Shown: positions 43,901 through 56,999 of the stretch, piece by piece
How the letters are laid out: every line of letters starts with the position of its first letter
Position numbering within the stretch: the first letter of the stretch is position 1
Source of the DNA: the human T2T-CHM13v2.0 reference genome, Homo sapiens
Direction: 5' to 3' (one strand)
Assembly (NCBI RefSeq): GCF_009914755.1
Contig: NC_060939.1
DNA: 64,000 nucleotides
Notes under the pieces: generated by a model
What the model saw: only the letters and a program-made list of their open reading frames with translations
Told to the model about the DNA's origin: nothing
The model's database searches: none
Made by a program: the position numbers and the translations under genes

Positions 43901-46900
43901 TCCATTCTATTACTTTCTTTTCCATTCAATTTCATTCCATTTGATTCCATTCCACTCGGTTTCATTCCATTTGAGTCCACTCCATTCCATTCCATTCCAT
44001 TCCATTCCATTCAGTTCCATTCCATTCCGTTCCATTACATTCCATTCCATTCGGTACCATTCCATATTGTTCCATTCGATTCCATTCGAATCCATGCCAT
44101 TCCAGTCCATTCCATTCGATTCCATTCCATTCATTTCAATTCCATTCCATTCCATTCCACTCCATTCCACTTGATTCCTCTCCATTCCCTTCCACTGCAT
44201 TCCGTTCGATTCCATTCCATTGCATTGCATTCCATTCCATTGGATTGCATTCCATTCGATTCCATTCCATTCGAATCAATTACATAGCAATCCATTACAT
44301 TCGAGTCTATTCTATTCCGTTCCATTCGATTTCGTTCCAATCCATTCGATTCCATTCCATTCGATTCCATTCCATACTATTGCATTCCATTCGATTACAT
44401 TATATTCGAATAAGTTCCATTCAAGACCATTTCTTTTGAGTCCATTCTATTTGAGTCCATTCCCTTTGATTCCATAACATTTGAGTCCATTCAATTCCAT
44501 TCCTTTCGTTTCCATTCCATTTGATGCCATTCCATTCAATTCTGTTCTACTCGACTCCAATACATTCAATTCCATTCCATCCGATTCCATTACATTCTTT
44601 TCATTTCTTATCCATTTCAAGCCATTCCACTCCATTCCATTCCACTCGTTTCCTTTCCATTCGAGTCCATTCCTCTCCAGTCCATTCCGTTCAATCCATT
44701 CCATTCCAGTCCATTCCATTCGAGTCCGATCCATTCCAGTCCATTCCATTCGAGTCATTTCCATCCCATTCGATGTCTTTCCATAACGATCCATTCCATT
44801 CTATTCCTTTCGATTCCATTCCTTTCTATTTCATTCCATTCGATTCCCTTCCATTGGACTCCTTTCCATTCGAGTGCATTCCATTCCGTTCCATTTCTTT
44901 CCGTTCTGTACGATTCCTACCGTTCGATTTCATTTTGTTCCAGTCCATTCCTTTCGCGTCCATTCCATTCCATTTCACTCCATTCGATTCCATTCCCCTC
45001 GATTCCACTTCGTTCCATTTCATTGCATTCCATTCTATTCAACTCTATTGCCTTCCATTCCATTCCATTCGATTACATTCCATGCGATTCCATTCGAAAT
45101 CGAATCAATTACATTGCAATCCATTACTATTGAGTCCATTTTATTCCAGTCCACTGCATTCTGGTCCATTCCATTTGATTCCATTCCATTCTATTCCATT
45201 CCATACAGTTGCATTCCATTGGATTCCATTGTATATCTATAAATTCAATTCGAGACCATTGCTTTTGAGTCCATTCTATATGATTCCATTCCATTCAAGT
45301 CCATTACATTTGGTTCAATTCCATTCCATTCCATTCCCTTCCATTCCATTCCAGTTGATATCAATCCATTCGATTCGATTCCATTCGAGCACATTCCATT
45401 CGAGTCCATTCCATTCGATGCCATTCCATTTGATTCTATTCCATTAGTCTCCATTCAATTCCATTAATCTCCATTCCATTCCATTCTACTCCAACTGATT
45501 CCATTCCATTCTATTCCTTTCCATTCCATTTCATTCCATTCCATTCCATTCCATTCGTGTCCATTCCACTCCAGTCCATTCCATTCGTATCCATTCCATT
45601 CCAGTCCATTCCATTTGTGTCCACTGCATTCCATTCCACTCCATTCCATATTATTCCATTACACTCCATTCCATTCTATTACTTTCATTTCCATTCAATT
45701 CCATTCCATTTGATTCCATTCCACTCGGTTTCATTCCATTTGAGTCCACTCCATTCCATTCCATTCCATTCAGTTCCATTCCATTCTGTTCCATTCCATT
45801 CCGTTCCATTACATTCCATTCCATTCGGTACCATTCCATATTGTTCCATTCGATTCCATTCGAATCCATTCCATTCCAGTCCATTCCATTCGATTCCATT
45901 CCATTCATTTCAATTCCATTCCATTCCATTCCATTACATTCCACTTGATTCCTCTCCATTCCCTTCCACTGCATTCCGTTCGATTCCATTCCATTGCATT
46001 GCATTCCATTCCATTGGATTGCATTCCATTCGATTCCATTCCATTCGAATCAATTACATAGCAATCCATTACATTCGAGTCTATTCTCTTCCGTTCCATT
46101 CAATTTCGTTCCAATCCATTCGATTCCATTCCATTCGATTCCATTCCATACTATTGCATTCCATTCGATTACATTATATTCGAATAAGTTCCATTCAAGA
46201 CCATTTCTTTTGAGTCCATTCTATTTGAGTCCATTCCCTTTGATTCCATAACATTTGAGTCCATTCAATTCCATTCCTTTCGTTTCCATTCCATTTGATG
46301 CCATTCCATTCAATTCTGTTCTACTCGACTCCAATACATTCAATTCCATTCCATCCGATTCCATTACATTCTTTTCATTTCTTATCCATTTCAAGCCATT
46401 CCACTCCATTCCATTCCACTCGTTTCCTTTCCATTCGAGTCCATTCCTCTCCAGTCCATTCCGTTCAATCCATTCCATTCCAGTCCATTCCATTCGAGTC
46501 CATTCCATTCCAGTCCATTCCATTCGAGTCAATTCCATCCCATTCGATGTCTTTCCATAACGATCCATTCCATTCTATTCCTTTCGATTCCATTCCATTC
46601 TATTTCATTCCATTCGATTCCCTTCCATTGGACTCCTTTCCATTCGAGTGCATTCCATTCCGTTCCATTTCTTTCCGTTCTGTACGATTCCTACCGTTCG
46701 ATTTCATTTTCTTCCAGTCCATTCTTTCGCGTCCATTCCATTCCATTTCACTCCATTCGATTCCATTCCACTCGATTCCACTTCGTTCCATTTCATTGCA
46801 TTCCATTCTATTCAACTCTATTGCCTTCCATTCCATTCCATTCGATTACATTCCATGCGATTCCATTCGAAATCGAATCAATTACATTGCAATCCATTAC

Positions 46901-49900
46901 TATTGAGTCCGTTTTATTCCAGTCCACTGCATTCTGGTCCATTCCATTTGATTCCATTCCATTCTATTCCATTCCATACAGTTGCATTCCATTGGATTCC
47001 ATGCTATATCTATAAATTCAATTCGAGACCATTGCTTTTGAGTCCATTCTATATGATTCCATTCCATTCAAGTCCATTACATTTGGTTAAATTCCATTCC
47101 ATTCGGTTCAATTCCATTCCATTCCATTCCCTTCCATTCCATTCCAGTTGATATCAATCCATTCGATTCCATTCCATTCGAGCACATTCCATTCGAGTCC
47201 ATTCCATTCGATGCCATTCCATTTGATTCTATTCCATTAGTCTCCATTCAATTCCATTAATCTCCATTCCATTCCATTCTACTCCAACTGATTCCATTCC
47301 ATTCTATTCCTTTCCATTCCATTTCATTCCATTCCATTCCATTCCATTTCGTTCCATTCCATTCGTGTCCATTCCACTCCAGTCCATTCCATTCGTATCC
47401 ATTCCATTCCAGTCCATTCCATTTGTGTCCACTGCATTCCATTCCACTCCATTCCATATTATTCCATTACACTCCATTCCATTCTATTACTTTCATTTCC
47501 ATTCAATTCCATTCCATTTGATTCCATTCCACTCGGTTTCATTCCATTTGAGTCCACTCCATTCCATTCCATTCCATTCAGTTCCATTCCATTCTGTTCC
47601 ATTCCATTCCGTTCCATTACATTCCATTCCATTCGGTACCATTCCATATTGTTCCATTCGATTCCATTCGAATCCATTCCATTCCAGTCCATTCCATTCG
47701 ATTCCATTCCATTCATTTCAATTCCATTCCATTCCATTCCATTACATTCCACTTGATTCCTCTCCATTCCCTTCCACTGCATTCCGTTCGATTCCATTCC
47801 ATTGCATTGCATTCCATTCCATTGGATTGCATTCCATTCGATTCCATTCCATTCGAATCAATTACATAGCAATCCATTACATTCGAGTCTATTCTCTTCC
47901 GTTCCATTCGATTTCGTTCCAATCCATTCGATTCCATTCCATTCGATTCCATTCCATACTATTGCATTCCATTCGATTACATTATATTCGAATAAGTTCC
48001 ATTCAAGACCATTTCTTTTGAGTCCATTTTATTTGAGTCCATTCCCTTTGATTCCATAACATTTGAGTCCATTCAATTCCATTCCTTTCGTTTCCATTCC
48101 ATTTGATGCCATTCCATTCAATTCTGTTCTACTCGACTCCAATACATTCAATTCCATTCCATCCGATTCCATTACATTCTTTTCATTTCTTATCCATTTC
48201 AAGCCATTCCACTCCATTCCATTCCACTCGTTTCCTTTCCATTCGAGTCCATTCCTCTCCAGTCCATTCCATTCAATCCATTCCATTCCAGTCCATTCCA
48301 TTCGAGTCCGTTCCATTCCAGTCCATTCCATTCGAGTCAATTCCATCCCATTCGATGTCTTTCCATAACGATCCATTCCATTCTATTCCTTTCGATTCCA
48401 TTCCATTCTATTTCATTTCATTCGATTCCCTTCCATTGGACTCCTTTCCATTCGAGTGCATTCCATTCCGTTCCATTTCTTTCCGTTCTGTACGATTCCT
48501 AACGTTCGATTTCATTTTCTTCCAGTCCATTCTTTCGCGTCCATTCCATTCCATTTCACTCCATTCGATTCCATTCCACTCGATTCCACTTCGTTCCATT
48601 TCATTGCATTCCATTCTATTCAACTCTATTGCCTTCCATTCCATTCCATTCGATTACATTCCATGCGATTCCATTCGAAATCGAATCAATTACATTGCAA
48701 TCCATTACTATTGAGTCCGTTTTATTCCAGTCCACTGCATTCTGGTCCATTCCATTTGATTCCATTCCATTCTATTCCATTCCATACAGTTGCATTCCAT
48801 TGGATTCCATGCTATATCTATAAATTCAATTCGAGACCATTGTTTTTGAGTCCATTCTATATGATTCCATTCCATTCAAGTCCATTACATTTGGTTAAAT
48901 TCCATTCCATTCGGTTCAATTCCATTCCATTCCATTCCCTTCCATTCCATTCCAGTTGATATCAATCCATTCGATTCCATTCCATTCGAGCACATTCCAT
49001 TCGAGTCCATTCCATTCGATGCCATTCCATTTGATTCTATTCCATTAGTCTCCATTCAATTCCATTAATCTCCATTCCATTCCATTCTACTCCAACTGAT
49101 TCCATTCCATTCTATTCCTTTTTATTCCATTTCATTCCATTCCATTCCATTCCATTCGTGTCCATTCCACTCCAGTCCATTCCATTCGTATCCATTCCAT
49201 TCCAGTCCATTCCATTTGTGTCCACTGCATTCCATTCCACTCCATTCCATATTATTTCATTACACTCCATTCCATTCTATTACTTTCATTTCCATTCAAT
49301 TCCATTCCATTTGATTCCATTCCACTCGGTTTCATTCCATTTGAGTCCACTCCATTCCATTCCATTCCATTCAGTTCCATTCCATTCCATTCCGTTCCAT
49401 TACATTCCATTCCATTCGGTACCATTCCATATTGTTCCATTCGATTCCATTCGAATCCATTCCATTCCAGTCCATTCCATTCGATTCCATTCCATTCATT
49501 TCAATTCCATTCCATTCCATTCCATTACATTCCACTTGATTCCTCTCCATTCCCTTCCACTGCATTCCGTTCGATTCCATTCCATTGCATTGCATTCCAT
49601 TCCATTGGATTGCATTCCATTCGATTCCATTCCATTCGAATCAATTACATAGCAATCCATTACATTCGAGTCTATTCTCTTCCGTTCCATTCGATTTCGT
49701 TCCAATCCATTCGATTCCATTCCATTCGATTCCATTCCATACTATTGCATTCCATTCGATTACATTATATTCGAATAAGTTCCATTCAAGACCATTTCTT
49801 TTGAGTCCATTCTATTTGAGTCCATTCCCTTTGATTCCATAACATTTGAGTCCATTCAATTCCATTCCTTTCGTTTCCATTCCATTTGATGCCATTCCAT

Positions 49901-51700
49901 TCAATTCTGTTCTACTCGACTCCAATACACTCAATTCCATTCCATCCGATTCCATTACATTCTTTTCATTTCTTATCCATTTCAAGCCATTCCACTCCAT
50001 TCCATTCCACTCGTTTCCTTTCCATTCGAGTCCATTCCTCTTAAAGTCCATTCCGTTCAATCCATTCCATTCCAGTCCATTCCATTCGAGTCCGTTCCAT
50101 TCCAGTCCATTCCATTCGAGTCAATTCCATTCCATTCGATGTCTTTCCATAACGATCCATTCCATTCTATTCCTTTCGATTCCATTCCATTCTATTTCAT
50201 TCCATTCGATTCCCTTCCATTGGACTCCTTTCCATTCGAGTGCATTCCATTCCGTTCCATTTCTTTCCGTTCTGTACGATTCCTACCGTTCGATTTCATT
50301 TTGTTCCAGTCCATTCCTTTCGCGTCCATTCCATTCCATTTCACTCCATTCGATTCCATTCCACTCGATTCCACTTCGTTCCATTTCATTGCATTCCATT
50401 CTATTCAACTCTATTGCCTTCCATTCCATTCCATTCGATTACATTCCATGCGATTCCATTCGAAATCGAATCAATTACATTGCAAACCATTACTATTGAG
50501 TCCGTTTTATTCCAGTCCACTGCATTCTGGTCCATTCCATTTGATTCCATTCCATTCTATTCCATTCCATACAGTTGCATTCCATTGGATTCCATGCTAT
50601 ATCTATAAATTCAATTCGAGACCATTGCTTTTGAGTCCATTCTATATGATTCCATTCCATTCAAGTCCATTACATTTGGTTAAATTCCATTCCATTCGGT
50701 TCAATTCCATTCCATTCCATTCCCTTCCTTTCCATTCCAGTTGATATCAATCCATTCGATTCCATTCCATTCGAGCACATTCCATTCGAGTCCATTCCAT
50801 TCGATGCCATTCCATTTGATTCTATTCCATTAGTCTCCATTCAATTCCATTAATCTCCATTCCATTCCATTCTACTCCAACTGATTCCATTCCATTCTAT
50901 TCCTTTCCATTCCATTTCATTCCATTCCATTCTATTCCATTCCATTCCATTCCATTCGTGTCCATTCCACTCCAGTCCATTCCATTCGTATCCATTCCAT
51001 TCCAGTCCATTCCATTTGTGTCCACTGCATTCCATTCCACTCCATTCCATATTATTCCATTACACTCCATTCCATTCTATTACTTTCATTTCCATTCAAT
51101 TCCATTCCATTTGATTCCATTCCACTCGGTTTCATTCCATTTGAGTCCACTCCATTCCATTCCATTCCATTCAGTTCCATTCGATTCTGTTCCATTCCAT
51201 TCCGTTCCGTTACATTCCATTCCATTCGGTACCATTCCATATTGTTCCATTCGATTCCATTCGAATCCATTCCATTCCAGTCCATTCCATTCGATTCCAT
51301 TCCATTCATTTCAATTCCATTCCATTCCATTCCATTACATTCCACTTGATTCCTCTCCATTCCCTTCCACTGCATTCCGTTCGATTCCATTCCATTGCAT
51401 TGCATTCCATTCCATTGGATTGCATTCCATTCGATTCCATTCCATTCGAATCAATTACATAGCAATCCATTACATTCGAGTCTATTCTCTTCCGTTCCAT
51501 TCGATTTCGTTCCAATCCATTCGATTCCATTCCATTCGATTCCATTCCATACTATTGCATTCCATTCGATTATATTATATTCGAATAAGTTCCATTCAAG
51601 ACCATTTCTTTTGAGTCCATTCTATTTGAGTCCATTCCCTTTGATTCCATAACATTTGAGTCCATTCAATTCCATTCCTTTCGTTTCCATTCCATTTGAT
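31900..51700 (+). repeat. Copy 2 of the block duplication, 11 units (19,804 bp) (boundaries approximate)
   Basis: The variant order is the same as in copy 1, with an internal 3,636 bp duplication and one extra 1,784 bp unit. Distal markers recur at +19,804: CATTTCGTTCC (~27545/47349), TATTATTTCAT (~29450/49254), ATACACTCAA (~30125/49929), the CCTCTT +1 indel (~30237/50041) and TTCGATTCTGT (~31379/51183). Confidence 0.85.
35200..42470 (+). repeat. Tandem duplication of a 3,636 bp dimer (1,813 + 1,823 bp units)
   Basis: Anchor spacings alternate 1813, 1823, 1813, 1823. Shared rare variants recur at +3,636: ATTCTATTGG (~36995/40631), TTCGGTTCC (~37121/40757), CCCTTCCATTAC (~37823/41459), TTCAACTCGG (~38528/42164). 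Confidence 0.9.
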
Positions 51701-54700
51701 GCCATTCCATTCAATTCTGTTCTACTCGACTCCAATACATTCAATTCCATTCCATCCGATTCCATTACATTCTTTTCATTTCTTATCCATTTCAAGCCAT
51801 TCCACTCCATTCCATTCCACTCGTTTCCTTTCCATTCGAGTCCATTCCTCTCCAGTCCATTCCGTTCAATCCATTCCATTCCAGTCCATTCCATTCGAGT
51901 CCGTTCCATTCCAGTCCATTCCATTCGAGTCAATTCCATCCCATTCGATGTCTTTCCATAACGATCCATTCCATTCTATTCCTTTCGATTCCATTCCATT
52001 CTATTTCATTCCATTCGATTCCCTTCCATTGGACTCCTTTCCATTCGAGTGCATTCCATTCCGTTCCATTTCTTTCCGTTCTGTACGATTCCTACCGTTC
52101 GATTTCATTTTCTTCCAGTCCATTCTTTCGCGTCCATTCCATTCCATTTCACTCCATTCGATTCCATTCCACTCGATTCCACTTCGTTCCATTTCATTGC
52201 ATTCCATTCTATTCAACTCTATTGCCTTCCATTCCATTCCATTCGATTACATTCCATGCGATTCCATTCGAAATCGAATCAATTACATTGCAATCCATTA
52301 CTATTGAGTCCGTTTTATTCCAGTCCACTGCATTCTGGTCCATTCCATTTGATTCCATTCCATTCTATTCCATTCCATACAGTTGCATTCCATTGGATTC
52401 CATGCTATATCTATAAATTCAATTCGAGACCATTGCTTTTGAGTCCATTCTATATGATTCCATTCCATTCAAGTCCATTACATTTGGTTAAATTCCATTC
52501 CATTCGGTTCAATTCCATTCCATTCCATTCCCTTCCATTCCATTCCAGTTGATATCAATCCATTCGATTCCATTCCATTCGAGCACATTCCATTCGAGTC
52601 CATTCCATTCGATGCCATTCCATTTGATTCTATTCCATTAGTCTCCATTCAATTCCATTAATCTCCATTCCATTCCATTCTACTCCAACTGATTCCATTC
52701 CATTCTATTCCTTTCTATTCCATTTCATTCCATTCCATTCCATTCCATTCCATTCCATTCCATTCGTGTCCATTCCACTCCAGTCCATTCCATTCGTATC
52801 CATTCCATTCCAGTCCATTCCATTTGTGTCCACTGCATTCCATTCCACTCCATTCCATATTATTCCATTACACTCCATTCCATTCTATTACTTTCATTTC
52901 CATTCAATTCCATTCCATTTGATTCCATTCCACTCGGTTTCATTCCATTTGAGTCCACTCCATTCCATTCCATTCCATTCAGTTCCATTCGATTCTGTTC
53001 CATTCCATTCCGTTCCGTTACATTCCATTCCATTCGGTACCATTCCATATTGTTCCATTCGATTCCATTCGAATCCATTCCATTCCAGTCCATTCCATTC
53101 GATTCCATTCCATTCATTTCAATTCCATTCCATTCCATTCCATTACATTCCACTTGATTCCTCTCCATTCCCTTCCACTGCATTCCGTTCGATTCCATTC
53201 CATTGCATTGCATTCCATTCCATTGGATTGCATTCCATTCGATTCCATTCCATTCGAATCAATTACATAGCAATCCATTACATTCGAGTCTATTCTCTTC
53301 CGTTCCATTCGATTTCGTTCCAATCCATTCGATTCCATTCCATTCGATTCCATTCCATACTATTGCATTCCATTCGATTACATTATATTCGAATAAGTTC
53401 CATTCAAGACCATTTCTTTTGAGTCCTTTCTATTTGAGTCCATTCCCTTTGATTCCATAACATTTGAGTCCATTCAATTCCATTCCTTTCGTTTCCATTC
53501 CATTTGATGCCATTCCATTCAATTCTGTTCTACTCGACTCCAATACATTCAATTCCATTCCATCCGATTCCATTACATTCTTTTCATTTCTTATCCATTT
53601 CAAGCCATTCCACTCCATTCCATTCCACTCGTTTCCTTTCCATTCGAGTCCATTCCTCTCCAGTCCATTCCGTTCAATCCATTCCATTCCAGTCCATTCC
53701 ATTCGAGTCCGTTCCATTCCAGTCCATTCCATTCGAGTCAATTCCATCCCATTCGATGTCTTTCCATAACGATCCATTCCATTCTATTCCTTTCGATTCC
53801 ATTCCATTCTATTTCATTCCATTCGATTCCCTTCCATTGGACTCCTTTCCATTCGAGTGCATTCCATTCCGTTCCATTTCTTTCCGTTCTGTACGATTCC
53901 TACCGTTCGATTTCATTTTGTTCCAGTCCATTCTTTCGCGTCCATTCCATTCCATTTCACTCCATTCGATTCCATTCCACTCGATTCCACTTCGTTCCAT
54001 TTCATTGCATTCCATTCTATTCAACTCTATTGCCTTCCATTCCATTCCATTCGATTACATTCCATGCGATTCCATTCGAAATCGAATCAATTACATTGCA
54101 ATCCATTACTATTGAGTCCGTTTTATTCCAGTCCACTGCATTCTGGTCCATTCCATTTGATTCCATTCCATTCTATTCCATTCCATAGAGTTGCATTCCA
54201 TTGGATTCCATGCTATATCTATAAATTCAATTCGAGACCATTGCTTTTGAGTCCATTCTATATGATTCCATTCCATTCAAGTCCATTACATTTGGTTAAA
54301 TTCCATTCCATTCGGTTCAATTCCATTCCATTCCATTCCCTTCCATTCCATTCCAGTTGATATCAATCCATTCGATTCCATTCCATTCGAGCACATTCCA
54401 TTCGAGTCCATTCCATTCGATGCCATTCCATTTGATTCTATTCCATTAGTCTCCATTCAATTCCATTAATCTCCATTCCATTCCATTCTACTCCAACTGA
54501 TTCCATTCCATTCTATTCCTTTCCATTCCATTTCATTCCATTCCATTCCATTCCATTCCATTCCATTCCATTCGTGTCCATTCCACTCCAGTCCATTCCA
54601 TTCGTATCCATTCCATTCCAGTCCATTCCATTTGTGTCCACTGCATTCCATTCCACTCCATTCCATATTATTCCATTACACTCCATTCCATTCTATTACT

Positions 54701-56999
54701 TTCATTTCCATTCAATTCCATTCCATTTGATTCCATTCCACTCGGTTTCATTCCATTTGAGTCCACTCCATTCCATTCCATTCCATTCAGTTCCATTCGA
54801 TTCTGTTCCATTCCATTCCGTTCCGTTACATTCCATTCCATTCGGTACCATTCCATATTGTTCCATTCGATTCCATTCGAATCCATTCCATTCCAGTCCA
54901 TTCCATTCGATTCCATTCCATTCATTTCAATTCCATTCCATTCCATTCCATTACATTCCACTTGATTCCTCTCCATTCCCTTCCACTGCATTCCGTTCGA
55001 TTCCATTCCATTGCATTGCATTCCATTCCATTGGATTGCATTCCATTCGATTCCATTCCATTCGAATCAATTACATAGCAATCCATTACATTCGAGTCTA
55101 TTCTCTTCCGTTCCATTCGATTTCGTTCCAATCCATTCGATTCCATTCCATTCGATTCCATTCCATACTATTGCATTCCATTCGATTACATTATATTCGA
55201 ATAAGTTCCATTCAAGACCATTTCTTTTGAGTCCGTTCTATTTGAGTCCATTCCCTTTGATTCCATAACATTTGAGTCCATTCAATTCCATTCCTTTCGT
55301 TTCCATTCCATTTGATGCCATTCCATTCAATTCTGTTCTACTCGACTCCAATACATTCAATTCCATTCCATCCGATTCCATTACATTCTTTTCATTTCTT
55401 ATCCATTTCAAGCCATTCCACTCCATTCCATTCCACTCGTTTCCTTTCCATTCGAGTCCATTCCTCTCCAGTCCATTCCGTTCAATCCATTCCATTCCAG
55501 TCCATTCCATTCGAGTCCGTTCCATTCCAGTCCATTCCATTCGAGTCAATTCCATTCCATTCGATGTCTTTCCATAACGATCCATTCCATTCTATTCCTT
55601 TCGATTCCATTCCATTCTATTTCATTCCATTCGATTCCCTTCCATTGGACTCCTTTCCATTCGAGTGCATTCCATTCCGTTCCATTTCTTTCCGTTCTGT
55701 ACGATTCCTACCGTTCGATTTCATTTTGTTCCAGTCCATTCTTTCGCGTCCATTCCATTCCATTTCACTCCATTCGATTCCATTCCACTCGATTCCACTT
55801 CGTTCCATTTCATTGCATTCCATTCTATTCAACTCTATTGCCTTCCATTCCATTCCATTCGATTACATTCCATGCGATTCCATTCGAAATCGAATCAATT
55901 ACATTGCAATCCATTACTATTGAGTCCGTTTTATTCCAGTCCACTGCATTCTGGTCCATTCCATTTGATTCCATTCCATTCTATTCCATTCCATACAGTT
56001 GCATTCCATTGGATTCCATGCTATATCTATAAATTCAATTCGAGACCATTGCTTTTGAGTCCATTCTATATGATTCCATTCCATTCAAGTCCATTACATT
56101 TGGTTAAATTCCATTCCATTCGGTTCAATTCCATTCCATTCCATTCCCTTCCATTCCATTCCAGTTGATATCAATCCATTCGATTCCATTCCATTCGAGC
56201 ACATTCCATTCGAGTCCATTCCATTCGATGCCATTCCATTTGATTCTATTCCATTAGTCTCCATTCAATTCCATTAATCTCCATTCCATTCCATTCTACT
56301 CCAACTGATTCCATTCCATTCTATTCCTTTCCATTCCATTTCATTCCATTCCATTCCATTCCATTCCATTCCATTCGTGTCCATTCCACTCCAGTCCATT
56401 CCATTCGTATCCATTCCATTCCAGTCCATTCCATTTGTGTACACTGCATTCCATTCCACTCCATTCCATATTATTCCATTACACTCCATTCCATTCTATT
56501 ACTTTCATTTCCATTGAATTCCATTCCATTTGATTCCATTCCACTCGGTTTCATTCCATTTGAGTCCACTCCATTCCATTCCATTCCATTCAGTTCCATT
56601 CCATTCTGTTCCATTCCATTCCGTTCCGTTACATTCCATTCCATTCGGTACCATTCCATATTGTTCCATTCGATTCCATTCGAATCCATTCCATTCCAGT
56701 CCATTCCATTCGATTCCATTCCATTCATTTCAATTCCATTCCATTCCATTCCATTACATTCCACTTGATTCCTCTCCATTCCCTTCCACTGCATTCCGTT
56801 CGATTCCATTCCATTGCATTGCATTCCATTCCATTGGATTGCATTCCATTCGATTCCATTCCATTCGAATCAATTACATAGCAATCCATTACATTCGAGT
56901 CTATTCTCTTCCGTTCCATTCGATTTCGTTCCAATCCATTCGATTCCATTCCATTCGATTCCATTCCATACTATTGCATTCCATTCGATTACATTGTAT

